The translations under genes were made by a program, and so were the position numbers. Shown here in pieces: positions 1 to 12,719 of a stretch of 64,000 nucleotides of DNA. The notes under the pieces were generated by a model. That model ran no database searches and had not been told where the DNA came from. It was given only the letters and a program-made list of their open reading frames with translations. This DNA is from the human T2T-CHM13v2.0 reference genome, Homo sapiens. The DNA is taken from the NCBI RefSeq assembly GCF_009914755.1, contig NC_060947.1; one strand, written 5' to 3'. Numbering within the stretch: position 1 is the stretch's first letter; each line of letters opens with the position of its first letter.

Positions 1-3000
1 ATTCCTTTTCGTGATTATATAGTATTCTATTATATGGATGTACTACAATTTGTTAATTCATTTGATAATTGAAGATATCTTGGCTGCTCCCAGTTTTTGC
101 TGATTATGGTTAAAACTGCTATAAATATTCATATGCAGGTTTTCTGTGTAAACATAACTTTTCAAGTCAGTTGGGTAAATACCTAGAAGCACAATTGGAT
201 TTTATGGTAAGACTATATTCAGCTCTGTAAGAAACTGCCAAGCTGCCTATCAACGTGGCTGTACCAGTTTGCATTCCTACCATCAATGAATGAGAGTACA
301 TGTTGCTCCACATCCTCACCAGAAATTGGTAATATCTGTTTTTTGGATTTGGGTCTTCTAATATGCATGTAGTGGTATCTCATTGTTGTTGTAATTGGCA
401 ATTCCCTAACAACAAAAGATGCTGAACCTCCTTTCACGTGTTTATTTGTTATGTGTACATCATCTTTGGTGAGATATTTGTTCAGATGCTTTGTACATTT
501 TTAAGTTGGGTGGTTTGATTTCTTATTGTTGAATTTTAAGTGTTCTTTATGTATTTTGTATACAAGTCCTTTATAATTCTGTGACTTGTCTTTTGATTCC
601 CCAAACAGTGTCTTTTATGGAGTAAATTTTAAAAATTTCAGTAAAGTCTAACTAATGCATGTTTTATTTCATAGACCATGTTTTTGGTGTTATACGAAAA
701 AATTATCACCAAACCCAAGGCCATGCTGATTTTCTCCTGTATTCTTCTAGAAGCTTAAAGGTTTTGCATTATGAACTTATCTTCTCATTTTTAAAATGTT
801 TTGCATTTCACATTTATGTCCTTGATCCATTTTAATTTTTTTTTTAATTTAGGGTGTAAGGTCTGTGTCCAAGTTCTTTTATTTCTTTTTGCTTATGAAT
901 CCCAAGTTGTCCCAGCTCCATTTGTATTCTTTTAAACTGGCTTCTTTTACTTAGAAAGATATATTTAAGATTCATCCATGATCTGTATTCTTTCTCTGTT
1001 TGTATTCTTTCTTTATCAAACTGCCTTTGTGCTTTGGAAAAAATCAGTTGACTATAATTGTGTGTTTCCATTTCTGATCTCTCTACTTGGCTTTATGGAT
1101 CCATATGCCTATTTTACACCAATACCACACTGCCTTGATTGAAGTTGTTCTGTAGAAAGTTTTGAAATTGGGTAATATGAGTCATCCATCTATATTTTTC
1201 TTTTTCAGAATTGTGATGGTTATTATAGGTCATTTGCTTTACATATAAGTTTTATAATCAGTTTGCCAATATGGTTTCTTTTTTCTTTTTTTTTTTAAAA
1301 AAGAAGCCCTTCTAAGAGTTTAAATGGGATTGTGTTGAATTTGCAAATCAAATAGGGAAGAACTGATATCTTTACAATAGTGAGTCTTCTATTCATGGAT
1401 TATCTCTCAATTTTTTTGTATATTTGATTTATTTCATCAGTGTTTTGTAGTTTCCTGAGCTCAGATATCAAACGTATTTTGTTAAATTAATACCTTAGTA
1501 TTTCATTTTTGCTATTATTATAAGTAATATATTTTAAAATTCAAATTCCAATTGTCCATTGCTGATATATAGGAAAGCATTTGACTTTTGTATATAGACT
1601 TGTACCCTGCAATCTTGATATACTCACATTAGTTCCAGGAACATTTTTTAATTTGTTTGGGCTTTCTACATAGAAAATCATGTATCTTCAAAGAAAGACA
1701 CTTTCCTTTCCAATCTGTACACATTTTATTCCTTTTACTTATCTTATTGCACTAGCTAGGACTTCCAGTTGTCTTAGGACTTCCTATTCCTATGTTGAAT
1801 TGGAGTGGTGAAAAAGGATACCGTTGCCTTGTTTCTTATCTTAAGAAGAAAATATTCAGTCTCTCTCTATTATGATGTTAGCTGTAAGTTTTTCACATAT
1901 ACTCTTTATTAGCATAAGGAAATTCCCTTCTTTTCCTAGCTTTTGAGAGTTTTTATTATGAATATGTATAGAACTTCGTCAGATGCTTTGTCTGCATCTA
2001 TAGTTATAGCCTCATTGTTTTTCCTATTAATGCTGTTAATATGTTGAATTGCATTGACTGATTTATTAATGTTGAACCAGCATGTATTTCTGGAATGAAC
2101 CCCACTTGTTTATAATGCATTATCCTTTTTATATATTGCTGGATTTTATTTGCTAGTATTTTGTTTGGAATTTTTTGCATCTGTGTTCAGGAGAAATAGT
2201 ATGTAATTTTCTTTTCCTAAAATGGCTCTGCATAATTTTCATATTAGAGTAATTCTGGCCTCAGAAGATGAGTTGGGTAGTGTTCCTTCTGCTATTTTCT
2301 GGAGGAGATTGCGTAAAATTGATATTAAGTCTTCCTTAAGTTTTTTGTAGCATTCATGAAAAAAGACATCTGGGCTAGATGGTTTACTTGTTTGCTATGG
2401 AATGTTTTAAACTACTAATTCAATTTATTTTCATAGATTTAGCACATCCAGGTTATCCACTTCTCATTGAGTGAATATTCTTGGTTTGTGTCTTCCAAAA
2501 GATTGGTTCATTTTATCTAAATTATCAGCTTTATGTGGACATAGAGTTGTTCATAGTGTTCTCATATTATCTTATTTAATATTCATAAAATCATTAGTGA
2601 TGAAACTTTTTTCATTCTTGATGTTGGTAATTTGTGTCTTCTCTCTTTTGTCTTCATTGGCCTAGCTAGAGGCTTGTCAATTTTATTGATCTTTTCAAAG
2701 AACCACCTTTTGGTTTTGCTGATTTTCTCTCTTGTTTTTCTGTTTTTTTATTTCATTGGTTTCTGGCTTAATATTTATTATTTTCTTTCTTCTGCTTACT
2801 TTAGTTTATTTTTTAATTCACTCTCTATTTTCTATAGTAGGATCTTGGGATTATTAATTTTAGATCATTTTTATTTTCTAATATTTGCAAGTAATTCTAT
2901 AAATATCTCTCTAAGCACTGTTTTAGCTGTATCACACAAATTTGATAAGATATATTTTCATTTTCATTCTGTTTAATAAATCTTTAACTTTCTCCAGACA

Positions 3001-3985
3001 CTTCTTTTTTGACCGATGATTTATTTAGAAATGTGTAGTTTACCAAACATTTCAGACTTTTCCAGCTGTCTTTTTGTTATTACTTTCTAATTTAGTTACA
3101 TTTTTGTCAGAGGACATATTTTATATAATTTCTATTTATTTAGATTTGTTAATGTGTGCTTTATGACCAATAATGTTATCTATCTTGGTGAATGTTTCAT
3201 GTATACTTCAGAAGAATGTGTATTCTTTTATTGGATGGATTCTGCTATAAATGTAATTTAGATCAAGTTGATTGATTGATAGTACCGTTCGGGTCATATT
3301 TATCATTACTGATTTTCTGCTTCCTAGATCTTGCAATTAATGACAGAGAGGTGTTGAAGTCTCTAATTGTAATGGTGGACTGATTATCTATTTCTTCTTT
3401 TAGGTCTATCAGATTTTACCTCATGTATTTTGATACTCTGTTACTAGGTGCATACATGTTAGGAATTGTTACGTGTCTTTGGAAAATTTACCTTTTAACG
3501 TTATGTAATGTTCCTCTTAATCCCTGTTAATCTTCATTATTCTAAAGTTTGCTTGTCTAAAATTAAGAGAGCTACTCCAGCTTTCTTTTGATTAGTGTTC
3601 ACATAAGGTAACTTTCTTCATCTTTACTTTTAACCTATTTGAATCTTCATAATTAATTTTATAAACAATATGCACTTTACCTTTCTATTTAAAATTTATT
3701 CTGACAACTTCTGCTCTTAACTGGCATATTTAGAGAATTCATATTGGCAGTGGTTATTGATCTACCATTTTTGCAAATATTTTCTTTTTATTTATTTCTT
3801 TTTCTCCCTCTCTTTCTGTTTTCTCTAGTTTTAGGTGAGCATTTTATATGATTCCAATTTATTCATTTTATTTGCATATAATTTATACATGATTTGTAAA
3901 AAATTTTAGTGTTGTCCTATGGTTTATAATATATATTATTAAATAAATAATCTATGCCCTCAAACAACACTATACCAGTTCACAT
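1..3985 (-). mobile_element. Old L1 (L1M-type) fragments, antisense, 3' UTR and ORF2 region
   Basis: T-rich antisense L1 motifs (cattcctaccatcaatgaatgagag, ccaataccacactgccttgatt, aagaatgtgtattct); no long ORF. Confidence 0.8.
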
Positions 3986-4002
3986 AGAATACAGGTATTT
4001 TA

Positions 4003-4381
<379 letters not shown>

Positions 4382-4747
4382 TTAACTTATCCATTTGCTA
4401 TAAACATTCAATAAATTGTTATTATTATTGCTTTAAATGAGCATTTATCTTTTACCAATTAAGAATAAGAAAGATATTGCAGTGAGAAAAGGATAGTCTC
4501 TTCAATAAATGGTTTTGGGAAAACTGGATAACCACATGCAAAAGAATGAAATTAGACACTCATCTCACGCCATACAAAAATCAACTGAAAATTGATTAAA
4601 TACTTAAGCATAAGACAAGAAACAGTAAATCTACTAGAAAACACTAAAAAAACTACATGACATTGGTCTGGGAAGCTATTTTTCAGATTTGATCCCCCAA
4701 GTTGAAGCAATAAAAGCAAAAATAGACAAACAGAATCACATCAAATT

Positions 4748-5081
<334 letters not shown>

Positions 5082-5251
5082 TTAGGAATGAGGAGAGACA
5101 GCCTATGAATTGGGAGAATATATTTGCAAGCCATACATCTGATAAGAAGTTGTATGAGAAATTCCAACAACTGAATAGCAAGAATACAAAAAATCCAATT
5201 AAAAAATGAGCAAGAGACTTGAATAGACATTTCTCAAAAGAAGACATACAA

Positions 5252-5934
5252 AGAAACAACAGATGCCGAAGAGGTTATGGAGAAAAAGGAACGCTTTTAC
5301 ACTGTTGGTAGAAATGCATTAGTTCAACCAATGTGGAACACATTGTGAATGTGGTGATTCCCCAAAGATCTAGAAGCAGAAATACCATTTGATCCAGCAA
5401 ACCCATTACTGGGTATATACCCAAAAGAATATAAATCATTCTGTTATAAAGATACGTGCACATGTATATTTATTGCAGCACTATTCACAATAGTGAAGAC
5501 ATGGAATCAACCCAAATGCCCATCAATGATAGACTGGATAAAGAAAATGTGGTACATTTACACCATGGAATATTATGCTTCCATAAAAAGGAATGAGATC
5601 ATGTCCTTTGCTGGGACATGGATGGAGCTGGAAGCCATTATCGTCAGCAAACTAACGTAGGAACAGAAAACCAAACACCATGTTCTCACTTATAAGTGAG
5701 AGCTGAACAATGAAAACACATGGACACATGGTGCGGTACAACACACACTGGGGCCTGTCCTGAGGGTGGGGGGAGGGAGAGCATCAGAAAGAATAGCTAA
5801 TGGATGCAGGGCTTAATACCAGGAGAGGGGTTGATCTGTGCAGCAAACCACCATAGCACATGTTTACCTATGTAAAGAACCTGCATATCCTGCACATTTA
5901 CCCTGGAACTTAAAATAAAAGTTAATGAAAAAAG
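5252..5934 (+). mobile_element. 5'-truncated old L1PA (L1PA15/16-like) nested in L1MA
   Basis: 3' UTR gggagagcatcagaaagaatagctaat...ggaacttaaaataaaag; TSD aagaagacatacaa on both sides. Confidence 0.85.
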
Positions 5935-6844
5935 AAGAAGACATACAATGAGCAATAGATATTTTTTAAAATGCTCAACATCACTAATATTAGGAATATG
6001 CAAATTAAAACCACAATGAGATATTATCTTACACCTGTCAGACGGCAATTATCAAAAAGACAAAAGATAACAAGTGGTGGCAAGGATGTAAAAAAGGGAA
6101 CTCTGTACATTGTTGATGGGAATGTAAATTAGTACATCCATTATGGAAAACTGTATGGAAGTTCCTCAAAAAACTGAAAATAAAACTTCCATATGATCCA
6201 GCAACTCCACTGCTGAGTATATATTCAAATGGTATATCAAAGAGATAGCTGCATTCCCTTGCTTATTGCAGCACTATTCACAACACTAAATTACAGAATC
6301 AACCAAAGTGCCCACCAACAGATGAATGGATAAAGAAAATGAGGTATTATATGCAATGGAATACTATTCAGCCTTAAAAAGAAGGAAATTCTGTCATTTG
6401 TGACAACATGGATAAAATTGGAGAACATTATGCTAAGTGAAATAAGCCAGGCACAGAAAGACAAAATACACATGTTCTCACTCATATGTGGAATCCAAAA
6501 CAAACTTACAGAATCAGAGAGTAAAATGGTGGTTACAGAGACTGGTAGGGAGAACTGGGAGATGATCGCCAAAGAGTACAAAATCTCAGAGAAGAATGAA
6601 GTATTTTTTGAGATCTATTGCACAGCGTGGTGAATATAGTTAATAATAGTGTATTTTACATTTCAAAATTGCTAAGAGTAAATCTAAAATATTCTCACTA
6701 TAAAAAGTAAGTACTCTAGGTGATTGATATGTTAATTAGCTTGATTTAATTATGCCATATTTTAAAAATAAATTATAATATCACTTTGTACCCCATAAAT
6801 ATATACAATTATAAATTATCAATTCATAACAAAAAAATAAGAAA

Positions 6845-8480
6845 AATGAAAGATTTTATTTTACCTTCATGTATTCATTTTATGACACTCTTCCTTCCTT
6901 TATGTAGAATCTAGATTCTGTCCAATATCATTTGGCTTCTGTGTGAATAACTTTTAATATTTCTTGCATAACAGGTCTGCCAAGAGTGAATTCCCTGAAT
7001 TTTTGTTTATATAAGAATGTCTATTTCTCTTTCAGTTTTAAAGGATAATTTTGCTGAACATAGAATTCTATGTTGGTGGTTTGGGAGAAAATTCATCATT
7101 TAAAGTGTACAATTTAGTGGTTTTTAGTATATGCATAGCTTTTGCAACCATCATCACTGCCTAATTCTAGAAAATTTTCATTACCTTAAGAAGAGACACA
7201 ATAAGACTACTGGTTAGCAGTCACCTTCCTTCCACCTCCCCCTGTCCTAGGCCCTGGCATCCACTAATGTATTTTCTGTCTCTATAGAATTGCCTAGTAT
7301 GGATATTTCATATGAGTGTAATCACACAATATATAGCTTTTTGTGTCTGTCTTCTTTAAATTAACATAATTATTTCAGAACTGTAGCATGTTGTAGCATG
7401 CATCAAAACTCCAGTCCTTTTATGGCCAGATAATATTTTATTGTACGGATATACCAAGTTTCGTTTATTCAGTTGATGGATCTTTGGGTTGCTTTCACTT
7501 GTTGGTTATTAGAAATAATGCTGCTATGAACATTTGTGTTCAAGTCTTTGTGTATGCATACGTTTTCAGTTTTCTTTGGTAGACGCCTAGGAGTGGAATT
7601 TCTGGATCATATGATATCCCTATGTTAACTTCCTAAGGAAATTCCAAAATATTTTCCACAGAGATTGCACCATTTTACTTTCCCACCAGCAATGTATGAA
7701 AGTTTCAATTTCTCAACATCCTTGTCACACTTGATGTTTTCTGTTTCTTCATCATAGCCATCCATGCAGGTGTGTAGTGCTTACTTACATTCCTATATCT
7801 TTTTCAATGAATTGGCTGTACAAATCTGTTGTCTATTTTTTTATGTTGTTGTCTTCCACATATTTTGTGAGATATATCCCTAAGTATTTCATACGTTAAT
7901 GCTAGTGGAAATGCCTTTACTTTTTAAAAATATTTTGATTATTTGTCCTAGTATATTTAAAAATGAATTTATATATTGATTTTTATCTTGCAACTTTGCT
8001 AAAATCACTTACCAGTTTTAGTAGTTTTTTTGTAGATTTCATTGGATATTCTACATAAATGATCAAGCCATCTGCAAATAAACACAGTTTTAGTTCTTTT
8101 CCAAACTTGATGCTTCTGATACTGTTTTATAGTCTAATTTCATGGCCAGAACTTCAGTAAAACGGAAGTGAACAGCTTTTTCTTGATCCTTACATTGGAA
8201 TTAAAACATTCAGTCTTCTATCATAAAGTATGATGTTACCTACTGGGTTTTTTAGATGCTCTTCATCAGTTTGAGGAAATTTTCCTTCTATCTCTAATTT
8301 GATGAGAGTATTTTTAAAGTAAAGAATATGTATTGGATCTTATCAAATTATTCCTCTGCATTTATTGAGATGATCATAAAGCTTTTCATTTTTAGTTTTT
8401 TAATAATATGAATTACATTGATTTTCATGTTTAACCAACCCTTCTGGTCTCACTTGATCATGGTACATTGATTTTTTATG
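6845..8480 (-). mobile_element. Antisense L1M fragments, including an L1MB 3' end at ~7090-7790
   Basis: tttaaagtgtacaatttagtggtttttagtatat; cattttacttcccaccagcaatgtatgaaag. Confidence 0.75.
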
Positions 8481-9322
8481 TACTGATGGACTCTGTACTT
8501 CATTCTAGGTATTTTCTATATGTCATCAACAACACAAATTTCTCCTTCTGCCATGCCTAATTTGCTGTTAATTCCATCCACTGTGTTTGTCACCTCAGAC
8601 ACTATAGTTTTCATCTCCATAAGATCATTTGGGGTCTATTTTATGATTTCCATGTCTCTACCTATTTTTTGGACATATGAAATACAGTTGTTGTAACTAT
8701 TTTGATGCCCTGTCTGATAATTCTGAAATGTGTGCTAGTTCTGGGTCAGATTTGATTTCTCAAGGTAATTTTCATTTGATTTTTCTTAACTTAGTGAGGT
8801 TAAACATCTTTTAATATGGTTAAGACTGGTTCTATATCTTTTTTGTAAATTGTCTGCTCATGTCTTTTTTCATATTTTTCTATAAGGTTTTTGGTATTTT
8901 ATTTCAACAATTTTTAAAGTTTTTACATGTTAGTGATATTAATGATCTAGGTTATAAATTTTCTCCAGTTTTTCAGTTGGCTTTTGAATTTGTTATGGTG
9001 GTTTTGTTCTGCTTTTTAAAATTTTAAGCAGTGTGATGCATCTTGGGTGAGTATACAACCAGCAGACACCAGAAAGTAAGTGCTGCAAAGGAAATCATGG
9101 GAAGCCCCGCTAACCCCAAAGGTTGTATGCTCAGGGGACTTCAGGCAGGCCGAATCCGCTAGTTGATCAGAAATATAAGACCTATGGATAACTTCACAAT
9201 CTCTTTTCCCTTTCCTTCAGGGCCAAAAATTTGAGTTGGAGACCCTCTAACTAGGGAGCTACATGGATATAAATTAATCACACAGTGCCCCATCCAAGAA
9301 ACTGGAAGCTTGTTAGAGCTAT
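8270..9322 (+). repeat. Ancient direct repeat, copy A (partner at ~12720-14182)
   Basis: Collinear anchors shared with copy B: tcattctaggt; ctgctcatgtctttt; gacaccagaaagtaagtgct; gggaagcccc; ctggaagcttgtta. Confidence 0.8.
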
Positions 9323-10236
9323 TCATAAAAATGAATTCTACCAGTATATCAACTTGCCTCCTGTGAGGCAAGATCCCAGGAAGGTAGGATGCTAACAGTG
9401 ACAGCAATAAAATAAGGTGAGAAAAGCATCTGGCTTGTGAGGACACATTTTCAGAAGACCTTTGCACCTAAAGGTCACACACCTCTGCTAAGGCAAGCTC
9501 CTCCATGGGAATACTCATCAGTCTTAGGTGGGAGTTTTCTGCATGCAATCTCCCAACATAACTTCTGGCATATGAATATCTGCCTCATCTCTCCTACGCT
9601 GTTAAAACCCAAGTCCAGTACTACATCTGCTGAGATGACCATGACCCCAAGGTTTGAGATGAGATAAGGATACCCAGTGAAGCAAGTCTGTTTACTGAAC
9701 ACAGACTAAGGTCAGTGATTTCAGAATGGATTATGAAAAACTGAGGAGAGTTGCATGGATGTTGGGAAAAGGAGATGGGATGGAAAAGTTTTCTGGTGGT
9801 AGCCATGAAGTGAGAAGTCTTCCATGTGCATAAGATAAAATTTTAGTAGGAAAATGGATGATTTATGTCTCCACAGACACTTAAATATGGCCACATCACC
9901 ATGGGTGGATTGTAAGTAAGACATACAAAAACTAGGTAATGGTGAAGAATGGTAGAAAACAGAATGTAACACTGAATGGGGTGGCTGTGGAGAAAGGCTC
10001 AAAAGAGACATCCTCTCCTTGCCACGTGGTCCACCAGAAATAACATGGGAAGATAAGGACTGTGACAGGTAAGTCTGGAAGCTCTTTTGGGGGTACGAAA
10101 GAAGTGCTCCGTTTCTCCAACTAGAACATTATGACTTCCCTCACATTACCCCTTCCACATTACCCCTTCCCGTAATAAGTTGTCAGGATAGTGCATTTGA
10201 TATCTAAGCCTCTCTCCCTCGACCACCCAGGACTAC

Positions 10237-10320
10237 CATTGGCTGGGCTGGGTAGTGGCTTACTGACCAATCAAAGCTCAGGGGTGAGGCTTGTCACTGT
10301 CCCGGGAGGGGTATATATAG
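10237..10320 (+). promoter_or_regulatory. Core promoter: ATTGG and CCAAT boxes plus TATA box
   Basis: attgg at ~10238, ccaat at 10267-10271, gtatatatag at 10311-10320, about 50 bp upstream of the ATG at 10363. Confidence 0.65.
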
Positions 10321-10362
10321 GAAGAGCAGGCAGGCTGAGGTAGACCATTGAGACACACAGAC

Positions 10363-10900
10363 ATGGTGAAGATGACCAGGACACCATGAGCTTCCAGCCC
10401 AGTTGTGGAACAACCACCTGCGGACACCAAAGAGCCAAGGAAGAGGGAGGCCCATTCTCAACCAAAGTCCAAAAGTCCTATCAAGGTGAGGAACCCACCC
10501 AAGCTCCTCCTTGTCTTCCCCTTGACTCCTCCCTCCCAAGACTCCTACCCTGTTCTCGCCTGACACAACCCCCGCCCCAGACTGTACCGCTTCTCATGAA
10601 GCCCCTGTTCCCACCCCTCCTCCATCTACTTCCTTAAAACAGATGCCCTTCTGTGATCTCCTTGTTGTCCTTCCAGGTTCCCAAGACTACCCGAAGGAAA
10701 AAGGAACCCTTTGAGGAAGTTCCAAGAAAAAGGCCACTCCCTAAAAGACCACCTCTTTAAGAAAACATGAGAAAGAGAGCAGGCCAACAGTATCTGGCCA
10801 CTGTGACCAGCTGAATGAGGAGCTCAGTTAAAATGAGCCACAGCAGGACCAAAAAAGTGAGGAGACCTCCACCATCTGCAGCGTCTCCCTGGACAGCTAG
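10363..10900 (+). pseudogene. Two-exon pseudogene of the CXorf51 / spermatid transition protein TP3-TP4-like family
   Basis: Exon 1 CDS 10363-10485 MVKMTRTP*ASSPVVEQPPADTKEPRKREAHSQPKSKSPIK; donor AAG|GTGAG; 191-bp intron ending ttgttgtccttccAG at 10676; exon 2 VPKTTRRKKEP, then a 1-nt frameshift into *GSSKKKATP*KTTSLRKHEKESRPTVSGHCDQLNEELS*NEPQQDQKSEETSTICSVSLDS*. Family assignment from recalled sequences. Confidence 0.7.
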
Positions 10901-11028
10901 TAATTTCAGGGCAAGGCCAGAGACCTCAGATCTATCTGAAAAGTCTCCAGAGGTCTGACCCCAGATAAATAGCCAACAGGGTCTAGAGTACATTCTATAC
11001 CCCACTGGGTACGCCCCATGGTGATGAA

Positions 11029-11070
11029 AATAAAATAAACCTGTTGTAAAATGATTTGTGTGTCTGCATG
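11029..11070 (+). terminator. Polyadenylation signal of the pseudogene
   Basis: Overlapping AATAAA at 11029-11034 and 11034-11039, followed by GT-rich gatttgtgtgtctgcatgtt. Confidence 0.65.
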
Positions 11071-11569
11071 TTCTAGGATGGTGGAGAGGGAGGAAGGAGG
11101 GAAGAGGTGCTGTATGGGAAGGGAGGGAAGTGGATTCTGTGGGGTTGGGGTCAGACCGACAGGTCCACAGTTAACCAGACACGGCAGATAATGATTAGGT
11201 AAGTGCTGAACACTGAAGACAAATTTCCTACTGAACATTTTCACCTATGGGTAAGGTGGAAAAGGACTTGGTATCTTTGCCTGTGGGGTTGGGGGGCAGA
11301 CCCAGATGAGATGTGATGTGTGGGGTGACAATGACACTCCCCCAAAAAAGGCAGACAACAAAATAAACTGCAGGCCACCTACCTGATAATGGTGCTTGTT
11401 GCACTCTACCCTATGATGTAAGCACCTAAAGGCCTTCAAAAAACCCCAAATATCTTACCCTTCTAAAAGTTAGTCCAAAGAATTAAAATAGTGGTGTTTC
11501 TGGAGATGTCATACATAACACTGATTATGCAACTTTCTTGCTAAGAAAAGGGGCGGAGTAGTGGATGAA

Positions 11570-12530
11570 CAAGGGAGTAGCAGTTGGGGGTAGTGGTGTG
11601 CGTTCCACGCAGGCAATAAAATAAAGCACTATCTGCAGAGGTTTTGTTTTCTTTTCTTTTGTTTTGTTTTTTCTGTAAACATAAACCCCAAAAAAGTTAT
11701 TGCTGTTTTTAATTATCACCTTCATACTCCAAAATTTTTGAATAATGTCAGATGTCAGTGACGAAATACTCTCCACTCCCCACAAAGTCTTTTGGTGGTC
11801 TAAGTTCTAGAAGTTTGGTGTGATTTATGTTGTATGTATATGTGTATGTGTATGTGTGTTTGTGTGTGTATATATATGAATGAAATTATTTCATGTTACC
11901 ACATTCTTAGCACTTATCCCTTAAAAACCAATGTATTCTTCAAGCGAGTTAATTTGGAGAGCTCCCTGTTATACAGATTGGCCCCCAACCCTGGCTGACA
12001 GTTACCACTGCTCCTTTCTGTAGCAAGTTTCTAATGGTTTGAAATGGCTTTAGGTCACTTTCAGTGCAATCCCTGTCTTCAATTCCTGTGTTGATGTGTG
12101 GAATACCTATATCTTATGTTGAAACAGTAGATTATAAACAAACAATGATAGCACAAAGATTGTAAGGGTTTACACTACCACATTAACTTGTTTTTATTTA
12201 TGTTTAAATCAGCAAAACGGTGTGAACTCTTAGGTGCAAAGTTTTGCTTGAGAAGTCCAAGATTTTCCTGTATTCGAGCATAAAATATTTTATACTTATT
12301 TTGAAAAAGTCTTCATTTTTCAAAAATAAAAAAATAAAAATAAAGCAGAATTTATTCTTCTTTAATTGTTAGTTACTTATTTTAAGACTATAGAACAAAG
12401 CAGGAAAATAAAGCATTACATTACCTGTGGTTACTTAAATTGTACCCTTTGCAGATGTTTTGGTTGCCTTAAAATATTTTTACTGCCTTAATTATAAATA
12501 AAAGTCAATAAAATAAATTTTAAAATATGT
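11570..12530. mobile_element. hAT DNA transposon relic (Arthur1/MER69-like)
   Basis: gcaggcaataa, ttttggtggtctaagttcta, gttatacagattggccccc, aacagtagattataaacaaacaatgatagcaca match the recalled consensus. Confidence 0.6.
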
Positions 12531-12719
12531 ATATATTTGAAGCATTATTATTATTTTCCTTATATTATTGAAAATTTGTTCAATTAAGGAGAGAGTGTTA
12601 AAAAAATACTACTTTCTGGTATGGAATGCATTGTGTATGCTACTGGTGGGAGACTTTTTTTGCCAAAACGTTTTTTAATTCACCTGTAGTGTCCAGGCTT
12701 TATTTTGTATTTTTGCTGA

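Noticed and set aside
2471-2976. Hydrophobic ORFs resembling membrane proteins
   Set aside because: Produced by T-rich antisense L1 sequence
10143-10170. 14-bp tandem duplication cacattaccccttc upstream of the promoter
   Set aside because: Ordinary slippage duplication with no evident function
10386-10637. 83-aa ORF as a stand-alone gene
   Set aside because: It reads through the GT donor at 10486 into the intron and is out of frame with the family-homologous sequence
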